Below, one piece after another: positions 1 to 8,878 of a stretch of 24,448 nt of DNA. The translations under genes and the position numbers were made by a program. How positions within the stretch are numbered: position 1 is the stretch's first letter; every line of letters begins with the position of its first letter. The notes beneath the pieces were generated by a model. It was not told where the DNA came from. It saw only the letters and a list, made by a program, of their open reading frames with translations, and did not search any database. The stretch is taken from the NCBI GenBank assembly GCA_964426185.1, contig CAYRPF010000046.1, forward strand, positions 1 to 24,448, in the 5' to 3' direction. The stretch is from an uncultured archaeon. GTDB lineage: Archaea; Asgardarchaeota; Lokiarchaeia; Sigyniarchaeales; Promethearchaeaceae.

Positions 1-54
1 AAGTCGCACGTCCAGTTCTGACGAACAGGAGGACTTAGGTCCCCCCTGATTCAT
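1..54 (+). mobile_element. 3' end of a group II intron (3' half of domain V plus domain VI with bulged branch A); truncated by the window edge
   Basis: 1-18 AAGTCGC-AC-GTCCAGTTC matches the 3' arm of group II domain V (consensus ...GAAAGTCGCACGTnCnGTTC, with the 2-nt AC bulge). 23-52 folds as a DVI hairpin: GAA(23-25)/TTC(50-52), bulged A49, CAGG(26-29)/CCTG(45-48), GGAC(31-34)/GTCC(39-42), TTAG loop. It ends in AT (53-54), matching the AY 3' splice consensus. Confidence 0.8.
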
Positions 55-84
55 GCAATAATTTTCTTATTTTTCTTAAAGAAC

Positions 85-1221
85 TTAATTTATGCTCGAA
101 ATTATAGCATCAATTACGGTTGTGTCTAATGCAGGAGAAAATGGTTTGACTATTCGTTGATTTAATAATTGATCAAGTTTTAAATCAGCTTTCACCAATG
201 CTGAAAGAAATTTCTTTTTAGAATCTTCAAATGGATTATTTTTTTCAGAAAATTGATAAATATGAATAAGGCATCCTTTTGGATGGAGAAAATCCGGTAG
301 AATCGATAAGAAATCAAGATTTTTCTCAGGTAGATTCATAATTAATCGAGAGATCTTATGGAACATTTTCGAATAATAAGGAGAATTATGAATTTGAGTA
401 ACATCTTGGGAAAAGCAAATAATATTTTCCGTTATTTTATTCAACCGGATATTCTTTTGAGCATATTTTATTGCAATGGGATTAATATCAGTTGCAAACA
501 TTTCCATATTGGGATTTTTTTTTGCAATTTGAATAAAATATGGGCCTACACCACAAAACATATCCCATAATGCCCCTCTTTGGTTAAATTCAGTATTAAG
601 AACAGCAATGCGATTTCGCTCATATGATAATCGAGGAGAAAAGAAGATTTTACGAATATTCAACTGAAATCTACACCCATTTTCTTTATATGTGGTAATT
701 GGATCATCTACTCCACAGACAAAGTTTAATTGCCTAGTTCGGAACACCCCTTCAATATTTCCTGCCTTTTCGAAAACTGTTTTAATGCTTGGATTAGATT
801 TTATTAAGTAATTTCCAATGTCCATTAGATATGGGCGTAATGGAATTAAATTTTCCCGATTTAAATCAATAATAACAATTGTTCCAATAATATCAAAAGA
901 ATTAGGGAGAAGAGTATGTAACTTTGGGGGGATTTTTCGTAATAACTCTTCTTTAAAATTATTATGGATTTTTTTACGAAGAGAGAAATGGAATTGGTTA
1001 TTTGTGTTATTCAAAATTTCAATTTCACGGCGAATTTCTTGAGGTAAACTAAAAATTTGTGAATTCACTTCATTGATAAGCGGTGCGAGAATAAATTGAT
1101 CTTGGTGGGAGATCCGATAACGAGAATCTAGAAGATTGTTATCTTGCAACCAGGGAATAATTGTATTTCCCTTAATTTTAGGAAATCGTGCTATTTTTTG
1201 GGGAAATTTTTCGATGCACAT
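85..1221 (-). CDS. trm5: Trm5/Taw2-family class I SAM-dependent tRNA methyltransferase (m1G37)
   Basis: SFDIIGTIVII, GVFRTRQL, YKENGCRFQLNIRKIFFSPRLSYER, SAM motif DMFCGVGPY, DINP and IMNLP are all characteristic of Trm5. Confidence 0.88.
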   Translation of the reverse strand: MCIEKFPQKIARFPKIKGNTIIPWLQDNNLLDSRYRISHQDQFILAPLINEVNSQIFSLPQEIRREIEILNNTNNQFHFSLRKKIHNNFKEELLRKIPPKLHTLLPNSFDIIGTIVIIDLNRENLIPLRPYLMDIGNYLIKSNPSIKTVFEKAGNIEGVFRTRQLNFVCGVDDPITTYKENGCRFQLNIRKIFFSPRLSYERNRIAVLNTEFNQRGALWDMFCGVGPYFIQIAKKNPNMEMFATDINPIAIKYAQKNIRLNKITENIICFSQDVTQIHNSPYYSKMFHKISRLIMNLPEKNLDFLSILPDFLHPKGCLIHIYQFSEKNNPFEDSKKKFLSALVKADLKLDQLLNQRIVKPFSPALDTTVIDAIISSIN

Positions 1222-1230
1222 ATCATTACT

Positions 1231-1731
1231 TCACTTTTCTGTATCCACCGGAAAAAAATAAAGTTCCAATATTTGGTTAGGAGTTTGCAAGCTTGAAATT
1301 AATTCTCTCGAAAGATCTTGTGCGCTTTTAATACAAGCAATGAGAACAGTTCGATCACTGATAAATGTGCTTTTTCTAAAAACAATTGAAACTGAATTTG
1401 CAAGTTCTAAGTTTTGATCCCCGAAACCTGTAAAAGTATCCCAAAAAGGTCCAACCTTAAGTAAAACCCCTATTTCTTTTCCAGCTCGAATCAAATCTTT
1501 TAATTTACAGTTTAAATCTTTCACAGATTTTGATGCATTAATTCCAATAATGCACGTTCCACGCAAGGTTAAAAAATCTTCTTTGGTAATTTCAAGAGTG
1601 GTTGGATGAGTGCCACGTACATTAGGATGACCATAAGATACAACCATATCAAGGATATAAGGTTTAAGATCTGCTAATATTTCATCTACATTGCGATATG
1701 ATGTGAAATCAAGCATTTTTTGAGCGTCCAT
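1231..1731 (-). CDS. DUF371 family protein
   Basis: GHPNVRGTHPTTLEITKE, TCIIGINA and VFRKSTFISDRT..I....SA.DL are the archaeal DUF371 signature. Confidence 0.88.
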   Translation of the reverse strand: MDAQKMLDFTSYRNVDEILADLKPYILDMVVSYGHPNVRGTHPTTLEITKEDFLTLRGTCIIGINASKSVKDLNCKLKDLIRAGKEIGVLLKVGPFWDTFTGFGDQNLELANSVSIVFRKSTFISDRTVLIACIKSAQDLSRELISSLQTPNQILELYFFPVDTEK

Positions 1732-1736
1732 GTCAA

Positions 1737-3368
1737 TTATTCCTTTTTCTGGGGTATATTATGAAGGATAGAAATATCTGCTTCATGAGAAATCTTAATG
1801 ATTATATCTTTTAAAATCGAAATAATATGAGTTTTAATCGGAAAAGATTCTTCCTCTTGGTATTCATTTCTAAAAGTATCAGGGATTAGAATAGATATCT
1901 GTCGGGACCTAATATCATTTCGAGTAAAGAAGCGAGAAATTTCTTTTTCTAATAAGTGGAGTAGGTTTACGTATTGAAAAGGATCAACTGTTCCCTCATG
2001 TTGACTTGCAGGGTAAATTTCAGCCAACTCTAATGGAATTATTCCTAAAATATTGCTGACAAGACAAAGTTGCATTTCTGGCCATTGAGGATGTTTTTTT
2101 AGTAATTTGATCCAATTTTTTACTGAATTGCTTTGAATACTGGGTAAATCTAACTCAGGAATAAAAAATAAATGAGTACGCTCTTTGGGAATTGTATAAT
2201 TGGCGACTTTTAAACGAAAATACTGAAAATGAGGTCTATAAACAGAAAGATCACTAAGAATCATTTGTCCGCGTGATTGGTTTAAATTTAATAGATTAAG
2301 AAATTGTTCTGGATTGTTTTTCACCACTTTCAGTGCTTTGATAAATTTCGGATGCGCATGCACGCGATGTTCCACCAAATCCCAAAGAGTTCCTTCCTTA
2401 ATTGAATTCCGAATAGTTCTGATCTCTGAAAAAGAATGATATAAATTATGTTTTGCAAGTGCTACAATTCGAATTTGCTTATCTTCTTTCATTAATTCTT
2501 GGGGAGTATAACTGGTGCAAACTGGGCAATGGCATGGAAATTCATATAAATCTCTTAAGCTTTTAGTTCCAGTTAATGTAAAATATCGATCGTCTTTAGC
2601 ATATAAGATGTATGCAGCTGAATCAAATAGATCCGCTCCACACGCGACCGCCAATGAGAAAAAGGCAGGTAATCCTAACCCAAACATATGAAGAGGTCTA
2701 TCCGCACGTAGCCACTTCTTAACCTCCAACAAAATTGCCACATCCAGATCAAATCGATAATCTATAAATGTTTTGACCACTCCACCTATGGCATATATTC
2801 CAAAATCTAATTTTGACATCTCAATAGCGCTTTTTTTTAACAATTCAGGATAGATCGATCCATGAATTGGTCCAAACCAAGCCGTATCATCCCGTTTTCT
2901 ACGAAGTACATTTTCTTTTGCGCGATGAATTGTCTTATTTATTTTATTCTCCGCTAATTCAAATGGATCAGTAGTTTGAACTGGAATATCTAAGATTACT
3001 GGACAATCAGATCCAATTTGCTCTTGAAAAGGTTCAATTTCATCAGGTTGAATTTTAATTTCTCCTGCATACATATAATCTTGAAAGGCGCCAGAATCCG
3101 TGGCAATTATTCCAGGAAATTCAAGATGTTTATGAAGACCTTTTGAAATAATTTCGAGATTTTTTTCTTGGTTTTTGTAGAGAATATAAGCATTTGTGAA
3201 AATACTTTGAACTCCGAAATGATGATAGAGATCTTTTGGGGGAATTAAATTTTCAAATGGACTCACAACAGGAAATAGATTAGGAGTGTCAAGAATCTTT
3301 TCACCTAATTTAAACTTACCAATCCGTCCTCCTGCATCAAAGTCCCGAATTTCGTAGGAATAACCCAT
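1737..3368 (-). CDS. tgtA: tRNA-guanine(15) transglycosylase (archaeosine TGT); no C-terminal PUA domain apparent
   Basis: GRIGK..TPNLFPVV, TNAYI, catalytic TDSGAFQ, LDIP, HMFGLG, DLFDSAAY, Zn site CHCPVC...HN, WDLVEHRVHAHP and GIIPLELAEIYP. Confidence 0.93.
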   Translation of the reverse strand: MGYSYEIRDFDAGGRIGKFKLGEKILDTPNLFPVVSPFENLIPPKDLYHHFGVQSIFTNAYILYKNQEKNLEIISKGLHKHLEFPGIIATDSGAFQDYMYAGEIKIQPDEIEPFQEQIGSDCPVILDIPVQTTDPFELAENKINKTIHRAKENVLRRKRDDTAWFGPIHGSIYPELLKKSAIEMSKLDFGIYAIGGVVKTFIDYRFDLDVAILLEVKKWLRADRPLHMFGLGLPAFFSLAVACGADLFDSAAYILYAKDDRYFTLTGTKSLRDLYEFPCHCPVCTSYTPQELMKEDKQIRIVALAKHNLYHSFSEIRTIRNSIKEGTLWDLVEHRVHAHPKFIKALKVVKNNPEQFLNLLNLNQSRGQMILSDLSVYRPHFQYFRLKVANYTIPKERTHLFFIPELDLPSIQSNSVKNWIKLLKKHPQWPEMQLCLVSNILGIIPLELAEIYPASQHEGTVDPFQYVNLLHLLEKEISRFFTRNDIRSRQISILIPDTFRNEYQEEESFPIKTHIISILKDIIIKISHEADISILHNIPQKKE

Positions 3369-3433
3369 TAATTATAATAGTGAATAGAAATAAATGAGCT
3401 TTTCGTTAAAATAAATAAAAAAAATAGAATGAT

Positions 3434-4639
3434 TTATCCTGGTAAATCTTGAATTAAATGCACGGCAAAATTGAATATGTCGTTAGAATTCAATTCTACA
3501 AAACGCGCTTGAATCTTTTTTCCAACATAATGACTTGCCGAGAAGATTGTAATAAGTTTGTCATCAAAATCTTTATGAAATCCCTCAGAAAATACTTGAT
3601 GCCCGCGAAATACCAAATCAATGTGATTTTTAAGACAAAAACTGCGAAAAATTTCTTCACCGAAGGCGTATCCAATTCCTCGACGATTGTTGTAGAATTG
3701 CTCACCTTCTCCAATAACATAATTCATTATTGGATCATTCCACAAGATTTGCTGAGTGATAGAATCCATTTCATCAATCCACACCTGACGATTGTTAAAA
3801 TTGTGGATGTTAAGTAAAGGAACTTCATATTCTTCTGATTCTTGATTTACCATAAAGGGGATTCCTCCATGTAAACAAAGAAAACTACCATTTTCTCCAT
3901 GAAATATCGAGATTAGAGGTAAATCCTTAAACATGTGGCAAAAAGATGCAAATATCATTTCTGAAAATACTTTCATTACCCTTTGACCAAATCCATAATT
4001 TGCAGAAATGGACATTTCTTCATGATTACCGCGTAAAATTAGAACATTTTTAGGATATTTCAAGTTGAATGTCATAAAATATAATAAATTATGTAAATCC
4101 CAATAACCTCGGTCGACAATATCTCCAATAATAATTATTTTAACTTCATAGCCATTTTTATTTCCTTTTTCAATCATTCTCACAAAGTGATTAATTAATT
4201 TGGTCACATCACTGAAGGATCCATGAGTGTCACCGACCAAAAAGAATTTTGCAGGACGTTTAACTGTATTTTTGGTTGAGCGATAAGATTTTTGAATAAT
4301 TGGAACAGGAAAAGATAAAGGATATACTTGTTCTAAATAGAAATCTTGGAATTGTCTAAGTAAAATGGTAATGTTTAATTCCGCCGCATCATCTCCAAAA
4401 TATTGAGATGAATCAGGAGGATTTGAAGAAGAAAATTGTTGATAATAGTTCCAAAAGTCTTCGACGATAGTGGCTTCAGTAGTTTGACCGATTCGACGCG
4501 TTTTACCTTCCAAAATCATTTTAGTTTGAGTTTTTTCAATCTCCATGAAAGTGGATTGCAAATTGTAATGAATATTTTTACCTATTTTCTGAGTTCGCTC
4601 ATTGTATTCATTTTCTTCTTGATACTCATCATGCCTCAT
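3434..4639 (-). CDS. PPP-family Ser/Thr protein phosphatase with N-terminal extension
   Basis: GDTHG, GDIVDRG, LRGNHE, LHGG, ILWNDP, RRGIGYAFG, RGHQ and FSASHY form a complete PP1/PP2A-type motif set. Confidence 0.92.
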   Translation of the reverse strand: MRHDEYQEENEYNERTQKIGKNIHYNLQSTFMEIEKTQTKMILEGKTRRIGQTTEATIVEDFWNYYQQFSSSNPPDSSQYFGDDAAELNITILLRQFQDFYLEQVYPLSFPVPIIQKSYRSTKNTVKRPAKFFLVGDTHGSFSDVTKLINHFVRMIEKGNKNGYEVKIIIIGDIVDRGYWDLHNLLYFMTFNLKYPKNVLILRGNHEEMSISANYGFGQRVMKVFSEMIFASFCHMFKDLPLISIFHGENGSFLCLHGGIPFMVNQESEEYEVPLLNIHNFNNRQVWIDEMDSITQQILWNDPIMNYVIGEGEQFYNNRRGIGYAFGEEIFRSFCLKNHIDLVFRGHQVFSEGFHKDFDDKLITIFSASHYVGKKIQARFVELNSNDIFNFAVHLIQDLPG

Positions 4640-4663
4640 CGTAATTTTCCTTCTAATTTCTTT

Positions 4664-5779
4664 TTAAAGCAATATTTCTTGTAATTCAGAGTTTAATTCT
4701 TCTTCAGTAACTGCAATAAGCTTTGGTGTTTTTCCAAATTCCAATTTTAGAATTTTAGGAGAAAATTGAACTTTTCCATCATATGAAGCAGTGCTAAACA
4801 ATGAATATAACCTTCCATCAAAAAATATTCTGAAACCTTCTGCCCATTTTTGATGTCCTCTAACTACAAGATGAAGATCATTTGCACGCATAAATTCATC
4901 AAAAACTCTTCTTCCAAATTGCATCCGTCCATTTAAATGGTCTCCTGTTAAAATTCCTTCTTGTATCATTTCATCTGGATCTGACCAAAGCATGGAAACC
5001 GTAAGTGGATCCATCTGATTGCTTTCTGGTTTTTCACATTCTAGATGGGGTTCAATTTCTGACAAAATAAGAGGTGTCATAAAATCATATGCATTAATTG
5101 GAATCCCACCATGCACCGTTAATACTCTCGCAATTTGTTCGTCTTTATGAATTTGGCTGATATGTGCAATTGGGAGGTGTGTGAAGAATTTTAGGATTTC
5201 CTCATATAAGATTTCCCCTTTTTCCCAAAAGGCACGCAGTAAATTATCAAAAAAACCATAATTTTCATTAATGATTCGATCTTCATGATTTCCCCGTATG
5301 AGAACCACATTATCTGGGCAGAGTAAATAAAAAGCAACAATTAAAGTCAAATTTTCTAAATCATAGGGATTTCGATCTACATAATCTCCCACAAAAATTA
5401 ATTTTGTATTTGGATTTTTTTGTAAAATTTGATAAAAGAATTCGATTATCAAAAATGATTCATGAATTGCGCCGTGAGTATCACCAACAAAAAAAACTGG
5501 GGCATATATATCATCAATTAAGATTTTTTTCTTAAGTTTAGGGATGATGCGATTTACCTCACGGTAGAATGCAAAATATTTCTCATAACTTAGTGGATTT
5601 TGTAAAAAATTAAACTCCCTCAAACATTGGTTAACAAGATGCTCAAATACCTCTCGAATAATTGGATTGATTGTGTTATTTTGTAAGATAATTTCAGAAA
5701 TATTTTCATGAGGCAATTGTCGATATTCAGGTGAATTCAAAGAAAAGAAATGCTTAGTAAAATTGTTGTAGTTTTCCAT
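4664..5779 (-). CDS. Second PPP-family Ser/Thr protein phosphatase
   Basis: GDTHG, GDYVDRN, IRGNHE, VHGG, LWSDP, RGHQ, FSTASY. Confidence 0.92.
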   Translation of the reverse strand: MENYNNFTKHFFSLNSPEYRQLPHENISEIILQNNTINPIIREVFEHLVNQCLREFNFLQNPLSYEKYFAFYREVNRIIPKLKKKILIDDIYAPVFFVGDTHGAIHESFLIIEFFYQILQKNPNTKLIFVGDYVDRNPYDLENLTLIVAFYLLCPDNVVLIRGNHEDRIINENYGFFDNLLRAFWEKGEILYEEILKFFTHLPIAHISQIHKDEQIARVLTVHGGIPINAYDFMTPLILSEIEPHLECEKPESNQMDPLTVSMLWSDPDEMIQEGILTGDHLNGRMQFGRRVFDEFMRANDLHLVVRGHQKWAEGFRIFFDGRLYSLFSTASYDGKVQFSPKILKLEFGKTPKLIAVTEEELNSELQEILL

Positions 5780-5791
5780 AATTATTCTCCT

Positions 5792-6625
5792 TTAAGGGTA
5801 TTCGAGCCGAATTTTCTCAATATTTGACAAATTATCAAAAAATTTTTTAAAATCAATTATGATTATAGAAATGTTATCGTCTATATTTCTATCCATCGAA
5901 AGTGAATATAATTTCATCACTATATCTTGTAATGTTTCTTTATTTGTTCGTTGTTGAAGAATTTTATTAATTTCCTGCTCGTTAACCTTATCAGTGAGAC
6001 CGTCGGAACATAAAACAGCATAATATTTCGAATGGAAGATATGATAATGATTTTGAACATCTGGCAGATATGCCCAATTGAAAACCTTTATTTCGGGTTG
6101 AACTTCATCTTGTCCTATTGCTTCAACAATTTCGTGAGCAGCACCAGTTCCAACATGATCAAGGCTTACTTGTCTAATTTCATCATCTTTTACCAAGTAA
6201 GCCCTGCTATCCCCTAAATTAAAAATCCAAACCCAAGGTCCAAGCAATAACAACCCAACCAAGGTGGTTTTAGGAATATTACCTTTCTGAATTTCATCAG
6301 AATATTTCTGAATTAATTCTTGATTCGTTTCTTGTATTGCTCGCTTAATTATCTGTTGAATTTCAGAAAGAATTACATTTTGAGTAAAAAGGTAATTCAA
6401 TATTTTCATTGGCAAGTGCTTTATTACAAAACTTGATCCTTCATCTCCGTGATGGGAAGCTGAAACTCCATCACATACTAATGCAAGAATCCCTTGATGA
6501 GAGAAATACTTGTCTTTAATATAAGCTGGTGCACATTTAACATCAAATTGGAGATAGAAGACAGAATCTTGATTCCCTTTGTTTTTTCCACCTACATCGC
6601 AAATAATTCCGTAATATTTCTGCAA
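5792..6625 (-). CDS. PP2C/PPM-family protein phosphatase
   Basis: NQDS, VCDGVS, TTLV, NLGDSRAY, SLDH, LCSDGL and DDNIS motifs. TTG start preceded by an AGGTGA RBS. Confidence 0.92.
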   Translation of the reverse strand: MQKYYGIICDVGGKNKGNQDSVFYLQFDVKCAPAYIKDKYFSHQGILALVCDGVSASHHGDEGSSFVIKHLPMKILNYLFTQNVILSEIQQIIKRAIQETNQELIQKYSDEIQKGNIPKTTLVGLLLLGPWVWIFNLGDSRAYLVKDDEIRQVSLDHVGTGAAHEIVEAIGQDEVQPEIKVFNWAYLPDVQNHYHIFHSKYYAVLCSDGLTDKVNEQEINKILQQRTNKETLQDIVMKLYSLSMDRNIDDNISIIIIDFKKFFDNLSNIEKIRLEYP

Positions 6626-6657
6626 TTTTGATTTTCACCTAAAATGAAAAGCTATTT

Positions 6658-7989
6658 TTATTCTAAATCTAAAACCGATATTAATTCAAATACACCTCTC
6701 ACTGTAGTATGTTTTATAGATATTTGATGATTGATTTGGATCGGTATCCATTGATCTTTTGGGATTTCTTGGCCATTTAGCATAGTCGGATTACTATTTC
6801 GCCCCTCATGTATATAAAACAAATTACGTTCACGACTATAACCTAAAAAGAATTGCTCGCGATTTCGATCTTGACCTTCTTTAAAACACCGGGTAATTCC
6901 TCGAAAAACTCCACGGTATTCTTGTTTCCAAGGTGCAGATTCTACGATTAATTCTCTACCAATTCGTTTGTTTTGATTCTCTTCTAAAATCATTTCCATT
7001 GGATTTAGTTGAATGATTGCATTGTTATTAATAATCCGCAAAACAAACATATTTCCCGTTTCAATTGATGGTAATTGGTTTAATCCGCCCGTTTTTCCTG
7101 ATAGATGTTGTTCTAATGCATGTTTAATATCTTTAAATGTCCGAAAACGATCTTTTGGTTCATATTGTGTGCATTTTTCCACTACATCATTTAAAGTGTC
7201 CGAGATTTTCATATTATAATCTTGAGGGTGCAAGATGTAATCTGAATTAATAGTTGGTTTAACTCGAGTATATCCATTAGTTAACGCATAAAACAAGACT
7301 GCTCCAAACATGTAAATATCTGTTTGAGGTAAAGGTGGCTTTTGCATTATAATTTCAGGCGCAAAAAATCCCGGAGTTATGATAACAGTTCCTGATCCTT
7401 CCATGTCTTCAATTAAAGGAGGTTCATCTAACAGAGTTTTAGGATCGAATAATCGGCCACCACCCCAGTCTATAACAATAGGATATGGATCACCGTTTTT
7501 TTGAATTATCATGATGTTATTGAAGGTAAAATCTCGATGAATTGCACCTTGTTTTTGAGCAAAAAACATAAAATCACATAATGGTAAGAAAATCTTCCTA
7601 ACAATATCATCAACTCCTAAAGGTTGTGTTGATCGCAAGTTATCATTAAACCAAGTCTTCAAAGTAGTGGCTTTTTCAATAAAACTAAAAACGAGGAAAA
7701 ACTTGGGATTGCTACGATCTGTTTTATCTTCGTAAGCTTCAATAAACTCCATATGAGGTCCAGGATAACCAGATACTGCTTTTGTGATATCCCTTTCACG
7801 TTCCCAATACATTCGTGCTTCTGCTATAGATGAGAATGCTGCACCTTTAAATAATTTAATCGCAACTCTTTTCTGAGTTTTATGAATAACCGCTTTATAG
7901 ACAGATCCAAAGCCGCCATCCCCAATTTTCTCCACAATTTGATATGTATTTTTTAATTTTAGTTTTGAGTCGATTTTTATATCAGTCAT
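6658..7989 (-). CDS. Hanks-type Ser/Thr protein kinase with C-terminal FHA-like domain
   Basis: IGDGGFGSVY, VAIK, alpha-C Glu (WERE), HRDFTFNN, IDWG, TPGFFAPE, DIYMFG and DRF. C-terminal RIGRE...ITR...SNPTMLNG resembles FHA. Start moved from 8037 to ATG 7989, which has a GTGAG RBS-like site and removes the overlap with the upstream gene. Confidence 0.9.
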   Translation of the reverse strand: MTDIKIDSKLKLKNTYQIVEKIGDGGFGSVYKAVIHKTQKRVAIKLFKGAAFSSIAEARMYWERERDITKAVSGYPGPHMEFIEAYEDKTDRSNPKFFLVFSFIEKATTLKTWFNDNLRSTQPLGVDDIVRKIFLPLCDFMFFAQKQGAIHRDFTFNNIMIIQKNGDPYPIVIDWGGGRLFDPKTLLDEPPLIEDMEGSGTVIITPGFFAPEIIMQKPPLPQTDIYMFGAVLFYALTNGYTRVKPTINSDYILHPQDYNMKISDTLNDVVEKCTQYEPKDRFRTFKDIKHALEQHLSGKTGGLNQLPSIETGNMFVLRIINNNAIIQLNPMEMILEENQNKRIGRELIVESAPWKQEYRGVFRGITRCFKEGQDRNREQFFLGYSRERNLFYIHEGRNSNPTMLNGQEIPKDQWIPIQINHQISIKHTTVRGVFELISVLDLE

Positions 7990-8002
7990 AATACTCACTT
8001 TT

Positions 8003-8878
8003 TTAATATACCCAGATATGGATCTTGAAGAATCCACTCCTTATTTGGGTAAGAACATTTTCTTTTAATGGAATTAATTGATTTGGATGAAAAATATGTT
8101 GATTTTGAGGGAAATATCGTGCATCTAGCTCGGAAACTGAATTTTCAAAAACAGAAAATAGTGTAAAAGATTGTGTTTGTGAATTATAACGGATAGAAAA
8201 GACGGGTTTATCTAACGAATATTTTTGAATCAATTGTTCGTAAATTTCGTCCGGAACATATGCCTTTGCATTCTTAATTAGATCCTTAGTTGAAACGGAC
8301 AAATCTTGACCATAAAGAAGATATTCAACATTATTATTTAAAATTGAAAACTTGCACGAAAGTAGTGAAGTATCAGATTTTGTGGATTCCTTTTGTTGAA
8401 AAGACTCGAATTGGAATGGTTCTTCCCAACATACTTTTGTAGAAATGGTAGAGGGCTTTAATTCACTTCTTTTCATAGTTCCATTATAGATAAATTCGGA
8501 TTGTCCACATAAATCACACACTTTTGCCTCCAAAGGGAGATGGTGGTGATTTTTTTCTTGGATACAATCCGGTTCGGAACATTCTTTAGTGGTAAAGGGA
8601 TAAAAATCATTCTCAATTCCGCATTCGCAAACATAATTTCTGCTATTAAGTTCTTCTGAAGAATATTCTCGCTTACAATTATTACATACCCATCGAATTA
8701 ATAAAGGACTTGTTTTAGGCATTAATACTTCTCGTGAAATAACATCATGATTGACTTTACCATCAATAAAGAAAGGGAATTTTAATTTACATCCATTTCC
8801 GCAGAATTTTTGAGAGATATTTTTGTAAACGGTGTGACAATTGCGACAAATTTTGACTTGTTCTAAATCCTCACTCAT
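8003..8878 (-). CDS. Multi-zinc-ribbon protein with a possible highly degenerate FHA-like C-terminal domain
   Basis: Cys clusters CRNC, CGNGC, CNNC, CEC, CSEPDC and CDLC. The C-terminal region is beta-rich but has no canonical FHA residues. Start overlaps the upstream stop (8875-8878). Confidence 0.65.
   Translation of the reverse strand: MSEDLEQVKICRNCHTVYKNISQKFCGNGCKLKFPFFIDGKVNHDVISREVLMPKTSPLLIRWVCNNCKREYSSEELNSRNYVCECGIENDFYPFTTKECSEPDCIQEKNHHHLPLEAKVCDLCGQSEFIYNGTMKRSELKPSTISTKVCWEEPFQFESFQQKESTKSDTSLLSCKFSILNNNVEYLLYGQDLSVSTKDLIKNAKAYVPDEIYEQLIQKYSLDKPVFSIRYNSQTQSFTLFSVFENSVSELDARYFPQNQHIFHPNQLIPLKENVLTQIRSGFFKIHIWVY

Noticed and set aside
1-54. SRP RNA Alu domain (- strand) or RNase P RNA 3' end (+ strand)
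   Set aside because: ACAGGAGGACTTA is shorter than the RNase P CR-V consensus and the SRP resemblance is loose. The group II DV arm plus bulged-A DVI explains nearly every base.
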